Origin: Dimorphilus gyrociliatus
Lineage: Eukaryota; Animalia; Annelida
Length of the DNA stretch: 64,000 bases
NCBI GenBank assembly: GCA_904063045.1
Contig: CAJFCJ010000006.1
Span: 4,914,408 to 4,978,407 of the forward strand
Direction: 5' to 3'
The notes under the pieces were generated by a model. The model was not told the DNA's origin and did not search any database. It was given only the letters and a program-made list of their open reading frames with translations. Below are positions 34,330 through 46,905 of the stretch, in pieces (the first letter of the stretch is position 1; each line of letters opens with the position of its first letter). Both the position numbers and the translations under genes were made by a program.

Positions 34330-36896
34330 ATGATTTTACTTAGCTTACTATCTCTTCTAGTTTTTACATCTGTAGAATGCCGACCGGATGGAGCACCATT
34401 ATCTGCTTGTACAAGCATGACTCCATTCCATACTGGGAGTCCTCAACAAAGTTCACCACGATACCGAATATCCCTAAATAGCTTGACTTACCGATCTGGA
34501 GTAAGAATAAGTGGTAAATATATATAATATCATAAATGTATTTTATACGTCAATTGCATTAAAAGCAATTATTTTTCTAATAAAGTAAGTTTCCAATAAA
34601 GAAACTAGAAAATAGAAACACAAAAAAGATATAAAGAATAGATATATAGATATATCTGTTATATGAGGTTTGATGCATTCAAAGACAACTTTCCTAATGT
34701 AAAAATTTCTATACTATATAGTCGTCTCTATACTCTTTTTATTATCAATATAATTTATTAAAATCTATTTAAAGCTGATAAATTTAAACTTTGAAGAAAG
34801 TGAAAACGCCCACACCCTATTTATATATAACGTATTTTTTTTGTTATATAGGTTCAATACTGGCCGATGGAGGTGAGACTTTTCGGGGTTTTCTAATTCA
34901 AGCAAGAAGAGTTGGTACAGCTGAAAGGGTTGGTGGTTTTATTGTTCAAAATGGAAATGATGCAAGAATTTTAAGTTGTGATGGATCAAATTCTCTAACA
35001 TCTATGACTCATACTAATAGGAATGACAAGACAAGAATAAATTTTGAGTGGGTGGCATCTCAAAATTATGGGGATATTGAATTTGTGTAAGAGTCAATAG
35101 ACTTATTATCTTCTTAAAGACTTCACCCTTTTTTTAAACATATTTTTTCTCTCACTTAAACAGAATGACTATTGTAAGGAACTATAACACTTATTGGACT
35201 TTTATAAAATCAGAGAGATTGAGATATCTAGCCAATCAACCATGTAATCCTAACCCATGTAGTAATGGTCAATGCTCAGTTAACGGAAATACTTTTAGGT
35301 GTACGTGTTTCACCGGTTGGACTGGGGATAGATGCGATCAACGTAAATTTTCTTAATTATCTATCATATTCCTTTTAATTCTCTTCTAGATAAATTTTTA
35401 ATCTCTCTGCTGTCTTGTTTTCTTTTTTTTTTTCAATTTTCAATTCTAATAAGAAACTAATGCGTGTGCTTCAAGACCTTGTTGGAATGGGTTTTGTGAG
35501 CCAGCTGGTTCTAATTTTCATTGTGCTTGCTACTTTGGATACGGAGGAACATTATGTGAAACACGTTTGTTGTTATTTTTCTCTCTTTTAAGTTTTCTCT
35601 TGTTGGAAAAGAGTATCAGTTTTAGACAAGTTAATTATTAAATCGATAAATTTCATTTAATCATTTCTATCTCTATCTTCAATGTTTGACTAAACTTCAC
35701 ATACTACTTTGAAGTTCTTACTTTATTTTTTTTGTATGCATAGGAATCAATAGGTGCTCCCCTAATCCATGTGTCCAGGGACAATGCTTCGAATCGAATA
35801 ATGATTACACTTGCCAGTGCTTTTCGGGTTATACAGGAAGAAATTGTGATCAAAGTTTGTAGTTTTAACTAAATGAATACTTTTATTAGTTTTACTTTTG
35901 TTTTTAGGAGATTTTTGTAGTCCTAATCCATGCGCTAGGGGTTCATGCAGTCGTTTGAGCAATGGTTTTCGTTGCAATTGTCCCTCTGGATACACTGGTA
36001 ATAGATGTGAAACCAGAGATTTTTGCAGTCCTAATCCATGTGTTAGGGGTTCGTGCAGTCGTATGAGCAATGGTTTTCGTTGCAATTGTCCCTCTGGATA
36101 CACCGGTAATAGATGTGAAACCAGAGATTTTTGCAGTCCAAATCCTTGTAGGAATAATGGCGAATGTTCCAATGGTGCCAATACGTTTGTTTGCAGATGC
36201 CCAGCTACACATTCAGGAACAACTTGCGAATCTCGTTTGTAACAAGTTTTTTTTTTATTCGTATACCATTCTAAAATATTCCTTATTCTTTTTTCGAATA
36301 CTACAGCAGTTGAAAATCTTTGTCAAGTATATAATCCTTGTCTACCCAATGGGAGATGCGAAGAGGTAGATAGAGTCGCAAGGACGATAAAATGTGTATG
36401 TAATACGGGTTTCGGAGGAGACCTTTGCAATCAAAGAATACGTAAGATCATTTATTTTCTTCTAGTTTACTTTTGTATATTTGTATTTTATCCAAAGCAT
36501 ATTATTGTTTTAGAAAGTGCATGCTCTAGACAAAACCCATGCGATCGTGTTGGAGGAGTTTGTCAAGATGTCGATCAGACAACTGTCGTTTGTAGATGTA
36601 ATGCGGGATATAAAGGAAACACGTGCAATCAAAGAATAGAACTTCCTTGCAGTGAATGGGGACAAAATTGCGGAAATGGTAGATGCGAAAACATTGGAAC
36701 AACTAATTTGAGATGTGTTTGTAATCAGAATTGGTTCCATCGTTATGGACAAGTAACATGTAATACAAGTAATGCCTGTGAAGCTTTTCCTTCAGGCCAA
36801 CCTTGTGTCAATGGACAATGTTTTGCCAATGGACCTACTGCTTTTTGCGTTTGTAATTCTGGCTGGACTGGAGATAGATGTCAAACAAGACGCTAG
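34330..36896 (+). CDS. Secreted Reeler-domain protein with ~10 EGF-like repeats
   Basis: Signal peptide MILLSLLSLLVFTSVEC, Reeler motifs (GAPLSAC..MTPFH, FRGFLIQAR, THTNRNDKT), then ten 6-Cys EGF units mostly in phase-1 exons; stop TAG at 36894-36896; no TM segment. Confidence 0.88.
35911..36126 (+). repeat. Two tandem 108-bp EGF-coding units (35911-36018, 36019-36126), 6 mismatches
   Basis: Direct alignment of the two units: DFCSPNPC(A/V)RGSCSR(L/M)SNGFRCNCPSGYTGNRCETR. Confidence 0.95.
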
Positions 36897-37375
36897 TTTT
36901 AGGAAGCAGCAATATTAAATTTTCACAACTTAATAATGCGCTCTTAGCAACATACAGTTTAGTTTTATTAGATTATCCGAGTAGAGTTTTAGTTTCTCTT
37001 CAAGACAATATAATTGGAAAACTTGCTTCTAAAATTTTTTTATTGAATGTAATAAACAGATAAATATGAATATTCAATGATTCTTTAAAAGTTAAATATA
37101 AAATATTAGGCTAAATTTCCAAATATAAAGCATATATATAATATACAACTTATATGCTTTGATGAAATTTTTTTCCCTGTTGAAACTAAAGAATAGGTTC
37201 TAAAATTTCAGTGTTTTTGATACTTGTTTATAAATTTGGACAGAAAAATACAATACTATACTAATACCTAAACAATTTACTTTTAAACTTCGATTATATG
37301 TATTTTCATTTTGATATTCTAAACGCTCTTTTATCGCCGTAGCCAGCGTATCTAAGGAAATTCTTAGAAAACAAC

Positions 37376-40239
37376 ATGGCGGCTGATGTGCAACAATCAA
37401 CAGCAAACGTTTGTTTAAAGTTTCTTTAAAGAATTTTAAAGACTATTTAATTAATCAAAATGAAAATATATTTTAATAAGTTTAATGTCAACTTCTTTAT
37501 TTGAAAAGAAATTTTCTCTAGCGAAAGAAAATCTAAATATTTTCCAAATTATAATAAGTTTTTTTATTTCGTAGCTTCGTCTAATTGGTTTGGACCATAA
37601 AAAGCACGAAGGCCGCCTTCTACGAAGACCAAGAGCTCCAAAGTCCAAGGAAATAACTGAAAATAATTTAAAAGCCCTCGATCCACTACCTGATATACAA
37701 TCGAATAGACAACTTTACCATATAGGAGAGGAATCTCCAGTTGCGTCGCATTTAGGAGGTTAACTGTCTAAATATATCTAAGAATTTCTAATTATGTTAA
37801 TAATATGGTGATTTTGTACTTTTGGTAAAACAAACAGAAACAAACACTAGTATTGTTATATCACCTCCTCCACCATCGACCGACTTGTATCCATGTAATG
37901 CTGTACAAGTGCATTCATCTTCTGCAAATGCTTCGTCTTCAAAACCAAAGAGTAGGCAAAAAGCCCTAAATAGATTTTATCTCGATTCTTCTCATAGAGA
38001 ACGAACTAATTTAGGTATAAACAGAATTTATTCTAGGTTATACTACAATATGAAATAAATAAAAATATTAATGTTTTCAGGCACATACGTTGAGGGAAAA
38101 GGGGAAGCATCGCTAGTTAAACCATGGAAACCAAAAGGTCCAGATGGTTTATATACAGTATTAAAACCGAGAAGGAAACCTCCGCCATTTCAAACAATTC
38201 CAATGGAAGATGAAGAGAGGTTTACAATAGAAATATTATTGTTTTTATATGTTATTAAATATATTTATTTGTAGATATTTTAGACCGCCAGATTTTACTC
38301 TGGAAGATTTTATGCGCAGCTTGTCAGATAGATGCAAATATCCTATTGAAAAAGTTGAAAATATCGTTTATTCAAAGCAAAATTACAAACGAATGATTCA
38401 AATTGTTCAAAAGATCTTACAACTAAATAAAAATCAAGAAATGATTAATAATTTTACAATGACTGGAGGTTTGCCTCTCTCTATATAATTGCTTACAGAG
38501 TACATATATATATATTTGTTACTTAATAGAGGAAAGTGGACTACCAGTTAGGGAGAGACGAAAGCCTAATAAACAATTTTTATTAGAAATTGCTCAAATG
38601 GTTAAAGATGAAATGGTTGCGAATGGCCTTATGGAAAGTGATGCTAAAACAACGATAAGAACCGTTAAGAAATTCGAGTTTGTGTTTAGAGTTTGCATTT
38701 ATCTTAACTTTCCTAAGTTTTGTTTCCTACACTCTTTCTAGTCCCAAAGTACCAGGCGGAATGACTGCACACAGCGAGATTATAGTCTATGAAGATGATA
38801 CAAAGATTCGTAGAGTTAAAGACATTGAAAGTAGAAGGTATGGCAAAAAATTTTCATTCTATAGACATAAGTTAGTCATTATCTATTTATATAAAAATCG
38901 TTATTTAGAGCAACAGAAGTGCCGACAAAAGAAGGTATTTTTAAAACGAATGTTTCAAGAACATTTATGGGGAGCGGTCGTTGTTCATCACCATTCGGTA
39001 ATTGTTATTGTTTTTGTATTGTATTTCAATCATATTTTAATTTATTATTAATTAACTAGAAATGACTGGAGGTGATGCAGCTATAACACCTGAAGAATTG
39101 GCTGTTCTAGACGCACTGTTTTGCGGTGGCAGAGCTTTGAGTCTAAAAGCGTGTTTTATATCCTCCTTACCAGACATTGAACCTCTCTATTCAACCTTGA
39201 CATACTTAAATTTAAGTTTTAATACCTTCATAGTAAGTTGTTTTTTGGACTTTAGAAGGTTTTCTATTTATTATATCATTTTTTTTCTTTAACAATAGGA
39301 AATTCCTAAAGAAATATTTGATTTAAGCCTGTTAACCACTTTAAAATTAAGAGATAACCCAATTAGGAGTATACATCATGAGATAGGACGTCTAAACAAC
39401 TTAAGAGTATTTGTTGCATCTTTCTGTCTAATATCTTCATTACCAGTTTCGTAAGTAATGAATTTTCACTAGTAAAATACTTTATAAATATTGATATTTC
39501 TCTCAACAGCTTATTCATATTAGAAAGTCTTCAACATCTAGATGTTTCTTATAATAAACTGTCTTTCATTCCGAATGAAATTAAATATCTCGTGTAAGTA
39601 ACTGCACCTCTATTTATTAAAAAGAAGACTAAAGAATGTATGCAACATTTTTATTTCTCTATAGAAATCTTAGAGAATTAAACGTTGAAGGCAATCAATT
39701 GCCGGCTATGCCTAGCGGAGCTTTAAACCTAACGAAGTTAATTAAATTAAATGTTCGTAATAATCTAATGCATCCGCTCTTCTGGAAGGAACATTCTAAA
39801 AATACACCCCAAAGATTGCTAGAATTAGCGGCAACGGCAATTGATAGATGGTCGTTATACTCAAGATATAATTTGACAGAGGAAATTATTGATATTTTGG
39901 AGAGGTTTGTTCTATGAATACTAATTGGTAGTTTAACTATATTTTTATTATACAATTACAGTCGACAACCTTGCGAATGTTGTAGTCAAGCTATGTATGG
40001 ACCTGGTTTTCGAATTATAATACCAGTTATTAAGCTATTTGGTGTTAAAAATTTGCCATTCCTATTTAGAAGTTGCTCACCCATATGCCGAGATATGTTT
40101 AGGTATATAAATTAATTAGGTATAGTCAATAAATGTAAAAGTAACTGTTTAAATTTACAATAGATCTGATCCGACGTCTTTCGTCAACGTAATCTATAAA
40201 TTAGCCAGTGAGGGAGAAGAAGAAGAAGAAGAAGAATAA
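37376..40239 (+). CDS. LRRC63: Leucine-rich repeat-containing protein 63, multi-exon
   Basis: LLRRPRAPK near the N-terminus; GRALSLKACFISSLPD..LTYLNLSFN, LKLRDNPI, LDVSYNKLSFIPNEI and the C-terminal CECC..YGPGFRII...CSPIC match LRRC63. Confidence 0.85.
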
Positions 40240-41903
40240 ACTCCAGTATTTAATATTATCGTTTATAAAATAGACAGTGCCAAGTCGATCTTAAAGTGTC
40301 AAGTGCAAAAATTTTTAGTGTTTATATTGTATATATAAACGGTGCTATTATACTTTATTATTTATATGCTAAATTTAATTTGAATTGTCTCTAATCCATT
40401 TGAATATAACTTTGCCAAATAAAAAAAAAGTGTATGGGAGGATTTAATATCTTTTTAAGTTCTTTTAAAATACTCTTCTTCTTCTTCTTCTTCTTCTTTT
40501 TCTTGTTTATTATTATTCTATTTTATAGGTTTTATAAATCTTTTAAGAGAAAAAAAAACAATAAGTTCTACTGTATTCTTTCTTATTTATTTCATATAGA
40601 TATCTTATTTGATACGTAACGTACTTATGTAAAAATATTAGAGATAATTAATAATCTTTTACTGTCAAGGGTATGAATTTATACTTTTAACATTGAAATA
40701 AAAAATTAATGGGTCAATATGTGAAAAAAAAATTAAGAAACGTGACAGATTAGTTTCTTTTCTTTGGATAAGGATAAAACACATAACATTTCTTTATTAA
40801 TCTATCGTATGATTGTTCAAAGTAGCTTATTTACTTCGTTAAGCCTAATTGAATAAGAATGTTAAGAATAATGGAATTAAATATAATTTACTTTTTTACC
40901 ATAACAAAAGAGAAGAAGAGAATAATTAATAAACAGAATTTGATGAATTCAAATTTTATTTTATTTCCAGGTTATATTTATAACAATTAATATTTTGTAT
41001 ATTCCTAGTAGAGGACGAATATGTCTACAAAATACTTGTAATATTGAGCAACGATACTGAACACTGTCAATCATCGTAAAGAGAAAAAATTCTATAAAAA
41101 CACACCATCATACAATATGGAATTAACGCACGTGACATTTGTTAATATTTCAAGTAATGGTTGCAAGCATTATTAACTTTATTCAGCAACAAATTAGCAA
41201 ATAATAATTGGGAGTCTGAAGGCTATGCACAAACATACACATTTTTTTGAACAATGGCATTATAAGTAACTTTTTATGACAAGTACTTGACAGTAAATAC
41301 AGAAGCTAGCTAATTTGTCAATGATTTTTAAATGGTATTTAGCCGGCTGTGTTTTATAACTATTGGAATATAAATTACACCCGTCAACTTTAAATCATCG
41401 AAATATCAACCTCCTATCAATCAATAATAATTGAAAATAACTCAATCAATCATCAGGAATAAACTATATACTTTTTTGATTCCAGAAAGTAAACAAACAT
41501 AAAATAAAAGTGTTAGACTTTTATCTTAGAAAAAAAATATTCAGATCCAACTTCGATGTATAAAATAATTATTGATTGATTGATTGATTCATTCAGTTGA
41601 TTTCGTCTTGCCTGCCAAAATTCCATTCAGTGTTGATAGATAATGAAAAATAAAAAAAAATGAGATTTTCGTGAATTATTTTGAATTTTTTTTTTCCCAG
41701 AAAGCTTTTTTTAAAATAAACTTTAAATTTTGTAGGTTTTTTTTTATTTCCTTAAGCACCGATTCGTACTACACACTGGTAGGGACTGTTCCTGCATAAA
41801 TTACTTTTTACAGAAGAAATGAATAGAAAGAAAAACCCTTCTTTCAAATTTTATCACAGACTTTGTGCTACCTCCTAGTAACGACAAATACTGTTCCCTA
41901 GAG

Positions 41904-42902
41904 CTAAATGATTGAAGTACTATTGTTGATAATACTTTCCTCAATAGAATTCTCTGGAATGAATCCCAAAGCGGCCATAGTTGCAAAGCCAACAAATAGA
42001 CAAATCATATTGATAATCGAAACACTCTTTTCTAGTTCTTCGTTTAGAATTTCAAAGAAGGTTACATAGATGAATGTACCTGTAGCTATACCTTGTAAAA
42101 CTCCATTTATAATATTAACAGTATTTGATAATGTTCCCAATTCTGTTATTAAAGTACCAATGACAACTCCAAGAGGACCAACCAAACAACAAAATATAAC
42201 GGCGACTATCAGTTTTGTTCTTTTAGTTTTGACATTAGCCAAATGCATTCCTAAGGAGAAGGCAATTACAATTTCGTGACACATGACAGCCAAAAACAAA
42301 CTCCATACACCAAATACTGTGCTTTTTAAACCAATTGATAGTCCTTCAAAAATTCTATGAAGGGAGAGGGCAACCATTAGCAAAACAGATCTCATTTCAT
42401 GAGGTTCATCAAGCTGTATATTAATATTAGTTTCACTTCCATTTTCAGGCTGTAATGAACCATTTAAGAGAGCAAATTGAGCTTTATCAACTGATTTTGA
42501 TTCAACATTAGAGTTCATTATTTTATCATTTGTCTGCTTATCCGTATCGCATTTCTCAATTTTATGAAAAGATTTCTTATAATGAAGCATAATTGCTATC
42601 TTCTCGGTATACAAAACCAAAAAGAATCCCAAAGCAATAATAGTTTCGGCAACAGGATAAGTAATATGTCTGGGCCTTAGAAGAGCTTCATCCAAGATAA
42701 GGTTTACTTCAGGTAACATATGGAGAATAAAGGTTCCAAAGAAAACACCACCAGAAAAACAACTAAGACAGCTTAATACTGCTTTACCAGTAGTTCCTTT
42801 TCTAATGAAGATATTTTTCAATTTAAAAGGTAGAAACGTAAAAGCAATTGTAATCATAAAACCAGCAATGGCCGCTATAGTCTTAGCCACCCAACGTATC
42901 AT
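41904..42902 (-). CDS. ZIP (SLC39) subfamily II metal transporter, ZIP3-like, single coding exon
   Basis: SCFSGGVFFGTFILHMLPE, LSLHRIFEGLSIG (TM4), CHEIVIAFSLG (TM5) and GIATGTFIYVTFFEIL. The likely start is MIRWVAK at 42902. Confidence 0.93.
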   Translation of the reverse strand: MIRWVAKTIAAIAGFMITIAFTFLPFKLKNIFIRKGTTGKAVLSCLSCFSGGVFFGTFILHMLPEVNLILDEALLRPRHITYPVAETIIALGFFLVLYTEKIAIMLHYKKSFHKIEKCDTDKQTNDKIMNSNVESKSVDKAQFALLNGSLQPENGSETNINIQLDEPHEMRSVLLMVALSLHRIFEGLSIGLKSTVFGVWSLFLAVMCHEIVIAFSLGMHLANVKTKRTKLIVAVIFCCLVGPLGVVIGTLITELGTLSNTVNIINGVLQGIATGTFIYVTFFEILNEELEKSVSIINMICLFVGFATMAALGFIPENSIEESIINNSTSII

Positions 42903-44357
42903 GATTATCTGTATCTTCCGTCTGAAAAGAGAAATGAAAAGTTTCCCTTTGTTAGTCTGCCTAACAAAAAAGTTTCTATCAGTTCGTAAATCAGTTTTAA
43001 CCAATACACTAACTGCTTCGATTTTTGTTAGTAAATTTTTATACTAAATATAAAAAGGGCCTTATGTCCAAAGTAGATTCCAAAGTATGGTTCTAAATAA
43101 AATTTTACCTCTCTGTGTCTAATTTCCGTTGTTTAGAAAAGTCGATTTCTTAAAAAAGAAAGCTTGAAAGCTTCAGTACAAATAAACAGAGATTAGATAA
43201 CTAACGAGGCGTAGCTTCTGATAAGAGCGCATGAGACACAAAAATGTAAAGGGAGGGGGGGAGAAGACGGATAGAGAGATAGATAGGTGTATACTGTGCA
43301 CGCATTTATATATATATATTACATAATAAAATAGAAAGAGAGAGAGACATATATATTATGTAAAACTCTAATAATAGCTCTTAAAATGTACTTATATCCC
43401 TTAATAACCTATTGGATAATTTATTCATTGCATTTGATACTTAAGACTTTATAGCAAAGAGAAAAATTCTAGAAAATACGTGAAAATAACGTTTTAGGTT
43501 AGGATCTTCATATATTTAGTTATCAGATAAACAAGAGTGAGTAACAATTTTCGAAAATAATTAAATATTATAGAAATCTAACTAGATAAAGAGATGAAAT
43601 GTGAAGGAAGAAAGGTATGAAAAATTAGGACAAGTGTTATTTTTTTGTTATTTTGCAGTTAAAGAACTTAAGTTTCTTAATAGAAAGGAGAAAAAGCACT
43701 GATATTTTGTATTATTAAATAAAAGTCTTTTAACACTTAGCTCTAAGGAACAAATAGAAATAGAAAGGATACGCCACTGTTTAGAAACATACTTAATAAT
43801 TGAAAGAAGTGCTTTTTTTATCATTTAAGAAGAAGTTTTACTATTTTTATAGTATAAAAATAATTCTGAAATATATTAATGTTTTACTCATACAAGGTTA
43901 GAGCCATGCCGTAAAGTTCATGACGAATCCGAAAGGTGACCTACAGACTATTAATTTCGTGAATAGCAAGACGGCGAAGAATATTAACAAATTAAAAAAA
44001 GAAATGAGTATCTGCCACCATGTTTATAAAATTGACGATTGGATGGTTGTAAAACACTTACATCTTTAACCAGATGAGCTAAAAAAACATAAAACTAGCC
44101 TCCATTAATCGGAGCGCCCAGTGAAATAGCAAAATATACCTTTTATCAGTTTTCGCCAGAGCTTAAATCAAAACTGGGTTTATAATTTAAGTATTTTCAA
44201 AAATATCTTTAATTTTTAAAATAGCTGATAATCAAATTATATAAGTGTGTTTTAATTGGAAGGAACACAATTATCTTTTGCTTTCTCATGATTACGCGAT
44301 AAATTGTAAACTGGTTCATTTTGAGATAATAATTGGAGCTTGCACTCAAATTTTATT

Positions 44358-45627
44358 ATGTCTTTCTATCGGAAGTCTATTTGGCTTCTTAAGGGACTCA
44401 GAGAATATACCAGGTAAATCTAATATTTGATGAGGAATCATGCGCATTTTCAATTTTTCTTTAGAACGGGATATGAAAAAGCAAGTAAGAAATTTACCTC
44501 TTCTGATCTAGAAGTTGACTGTACTGGCAAGGTATATCTTGTAACTGGAGCAAATAGTGGAATTGGCAAAGTTTCAGCCTTTAATTTTGCCAAAAGAGGT
44601 AAAACATTTAATTCATTTCAACATTTACGAATTATATTAAAAACAGGAGGCACCGTATATCTTGTCTGTAGAAATAAGGAAAGAGGAGAAGAGGCGCAAA
44701 GAGATATTATAGAAGTTACCAATAATAACGTACTTAATCTCATATCTATTGATTATAGTCTTCCTTTTTTTCGATTTTTTTACGTTCAACTTAATTACAG
44801 AATGTTCATTTAAGAATTCTGGACATTTCTAATATTAAGGAGGTGATTAAGTTTGCTAAAGAATTCTGTGAAAACAACGAAAGACTGGACGTATTAGTTA
44901 GTATTTCATCTGTCCTATTTCGTAAATGAGTAATATGTATTTCTTCTTTCATTTAGGTGAATAACGCTGGATGCATGTTACAAAATTTCCCAAAAACAGA
45001 AGAAGGCCTTGACACAAATTTTGCGACAAATACTTTAGGGCCGTTTGTTTTGACTCATGCATTATTACCCTGCCTGAAACATAGTGATCATGGTCGTGTA
45101 ATTATGGTATCCTCCGGAGGGATGCTTGTGCAAAAATTGGACGCAAAAAACCCGCAATTAGACGGCTTATCGAAATATGATGGAACAATGGTTTACGCTC
45201 AAAATAAAAGACAACAAATTGTGATGACTGTACATTTTGCCCAACAATATCCTGAAATATTCTTTTCTTCAATGCACCCTGGTTGGGCAGACACACCTGG
45301 TAGGTGTCTCTTTCTTATTTTTTTATTGTTACATATATTTTTTATTAATCGGCAGCTGTTCGAAGCGCTATGCCAGACTTTCACAGACGTATGAAAGACA
45401 ATCTACGAACAGATGAACAAGGTGCAGATACTGTCGTATGGCTAGGAATTGCTGATGCAGCCTTGAAGCAAGGAAACGGATTATTCTTTCAAGATAGAGT
45501 GCCTGTTTCAACTCATCTACCATTTGCTAGTACAAGAAATAGTGATGAAGAAGAGCAAATGTTTATGGATTACTTAAATAATCTTTCAGCAACTTTAGGC
45601 TTTACAGTCGGTTTACATAAATTATAA
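44358..45627 (+). CDS. DHRS12: Short-chain dehydrogenase/reductase DHRS12
   Basis: MSFYRKSIWLLKGLREYT start, VTGANSGIG, NNAG, VSSGGMLVQKL, DGTMVYAQNKRQQ and SSMHPGWADTPG. Confidence 0.95.
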
Positions 45628-45633
45628 TGTATT

Positions 45634-46762
45634 TTATACCTTGTCTGAAATATTGTTCCAAACAAGATTGGCTGTAATTTTGCTAGATTTTAATACAAAA
45701 GCATGTTCTATTCCAGACTTATCTATATATATATGGGCTGTAGGATAAACTTTTTGCATTTCTTCTGCATATTCAATTGGACACCATTTGTCTAGTGCGA
45801 CATAGAAGAAAAAGAGCTTTTCCAGATGTTCTTCTATTAACTTGTGGTCAGGTTCAAAAATTGAACTGAGCTCTTCGTAAGCCAAATTTAGTGAATTCCT
45901 AACGCAATAAGGCGTTAAAAACTTTGCTGTTGCTGGAATAGCCTGAGGTTCTACTCCACCAGAAAGCCTTTGTAAAGACATAAATTAAACTCTTGATATA
46001 TTATAAACAGTAAAAAACAACAAACCAAAAATTTAAAGCCACCATCCTCTTTCTCATCGATTCCGAGAAACAGTACAAAGGAAATAGGATTACAGGAGCC
46101 AATAATCTACCATAGTTAAGTAGAGGCCAAAATCTTTTTCCATTAGGAGAAGTTTTCATTCTCTCTATTGTTGGAGCCAGTAACGCAATTTTGACAACTC
46201 TTTCCTTAGGCAATACTCTAGCCATTTCTAGGCACATTTTTCTAATTGTATACATAACTTGTAATTGGAGATATATTGTATTTAAAATACTTACGCCCCA
46301 ATGGAATGTCCCATTAGAATAAGCTTTGATTCTGGCTTCAAGTATTTTTTGATAAAGTCTAATTTATGTTGAACTTGGCCTTTTAGGTCAAGATAATTCT
46401 TGGTAGGTGAATCTATAAAAAAGTTCCCTAAATCATTTTATTGAATTAAATGAATTTAAATAATATTTACCATCAACTTCAACATGCTCTGGAACGGAAA
46501 CATGGCCAGCCAAATTTATACAACATATTGGTAATTTAAAATTACTTAGAAAATACAGCTGTTGAATAAATGCTGTATAATAATAAGGAACTCCTGGGTT
46601 GCCTATAGAAAATTTAACATTAAAAATTGCTAATAAAATTACAAATTGTAAATATATGACTTTACCAGTTATCAATAGGCCTACTAATGAAGAGTCTTTA
46701 ACTTGTCCCGCTGAGAGAATGCAAGTTGGCTCACCATTTACCAAAATCCAACTTTCCTCCAT
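45634..46762 (-). CDS. LDAH: Lipid droplet-associated hydrolase-like, paralog A
   Basis: GNPGVPYYY, AGHV, GHSIG|A nucleophile elbow, DKWCP and EHAFVL. Confidence 0.9.
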
Positions 46763-46905
46763 GCCTGCTGAAACTCTGTAGAAAAGAAAATTCCAAAAAT
46801 AAAAGTATGAAAATTTCCTATCAATTCAATTGAATTTAGAGCAAAGGTCAGCGCTTAGGCCTTAATCAGTGATAATTTATTTTTTTAATAAAGAACAGAT
46901 ATGAG

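Noticed and set aside
35762-36369. Several overlapping alternate-frame or antisense ORFs over the EGF exon
   Set aside because: Artefacts of the 108-bp duplication.
40970-41320. Protein-like fragments (e.g. NNWESEGYAQTYTFFEQWHY) between LRRC63 and the ZIP gene
   Set aside because: They require a 33-nt intron, end in immediate stops and show no recognisable homology.
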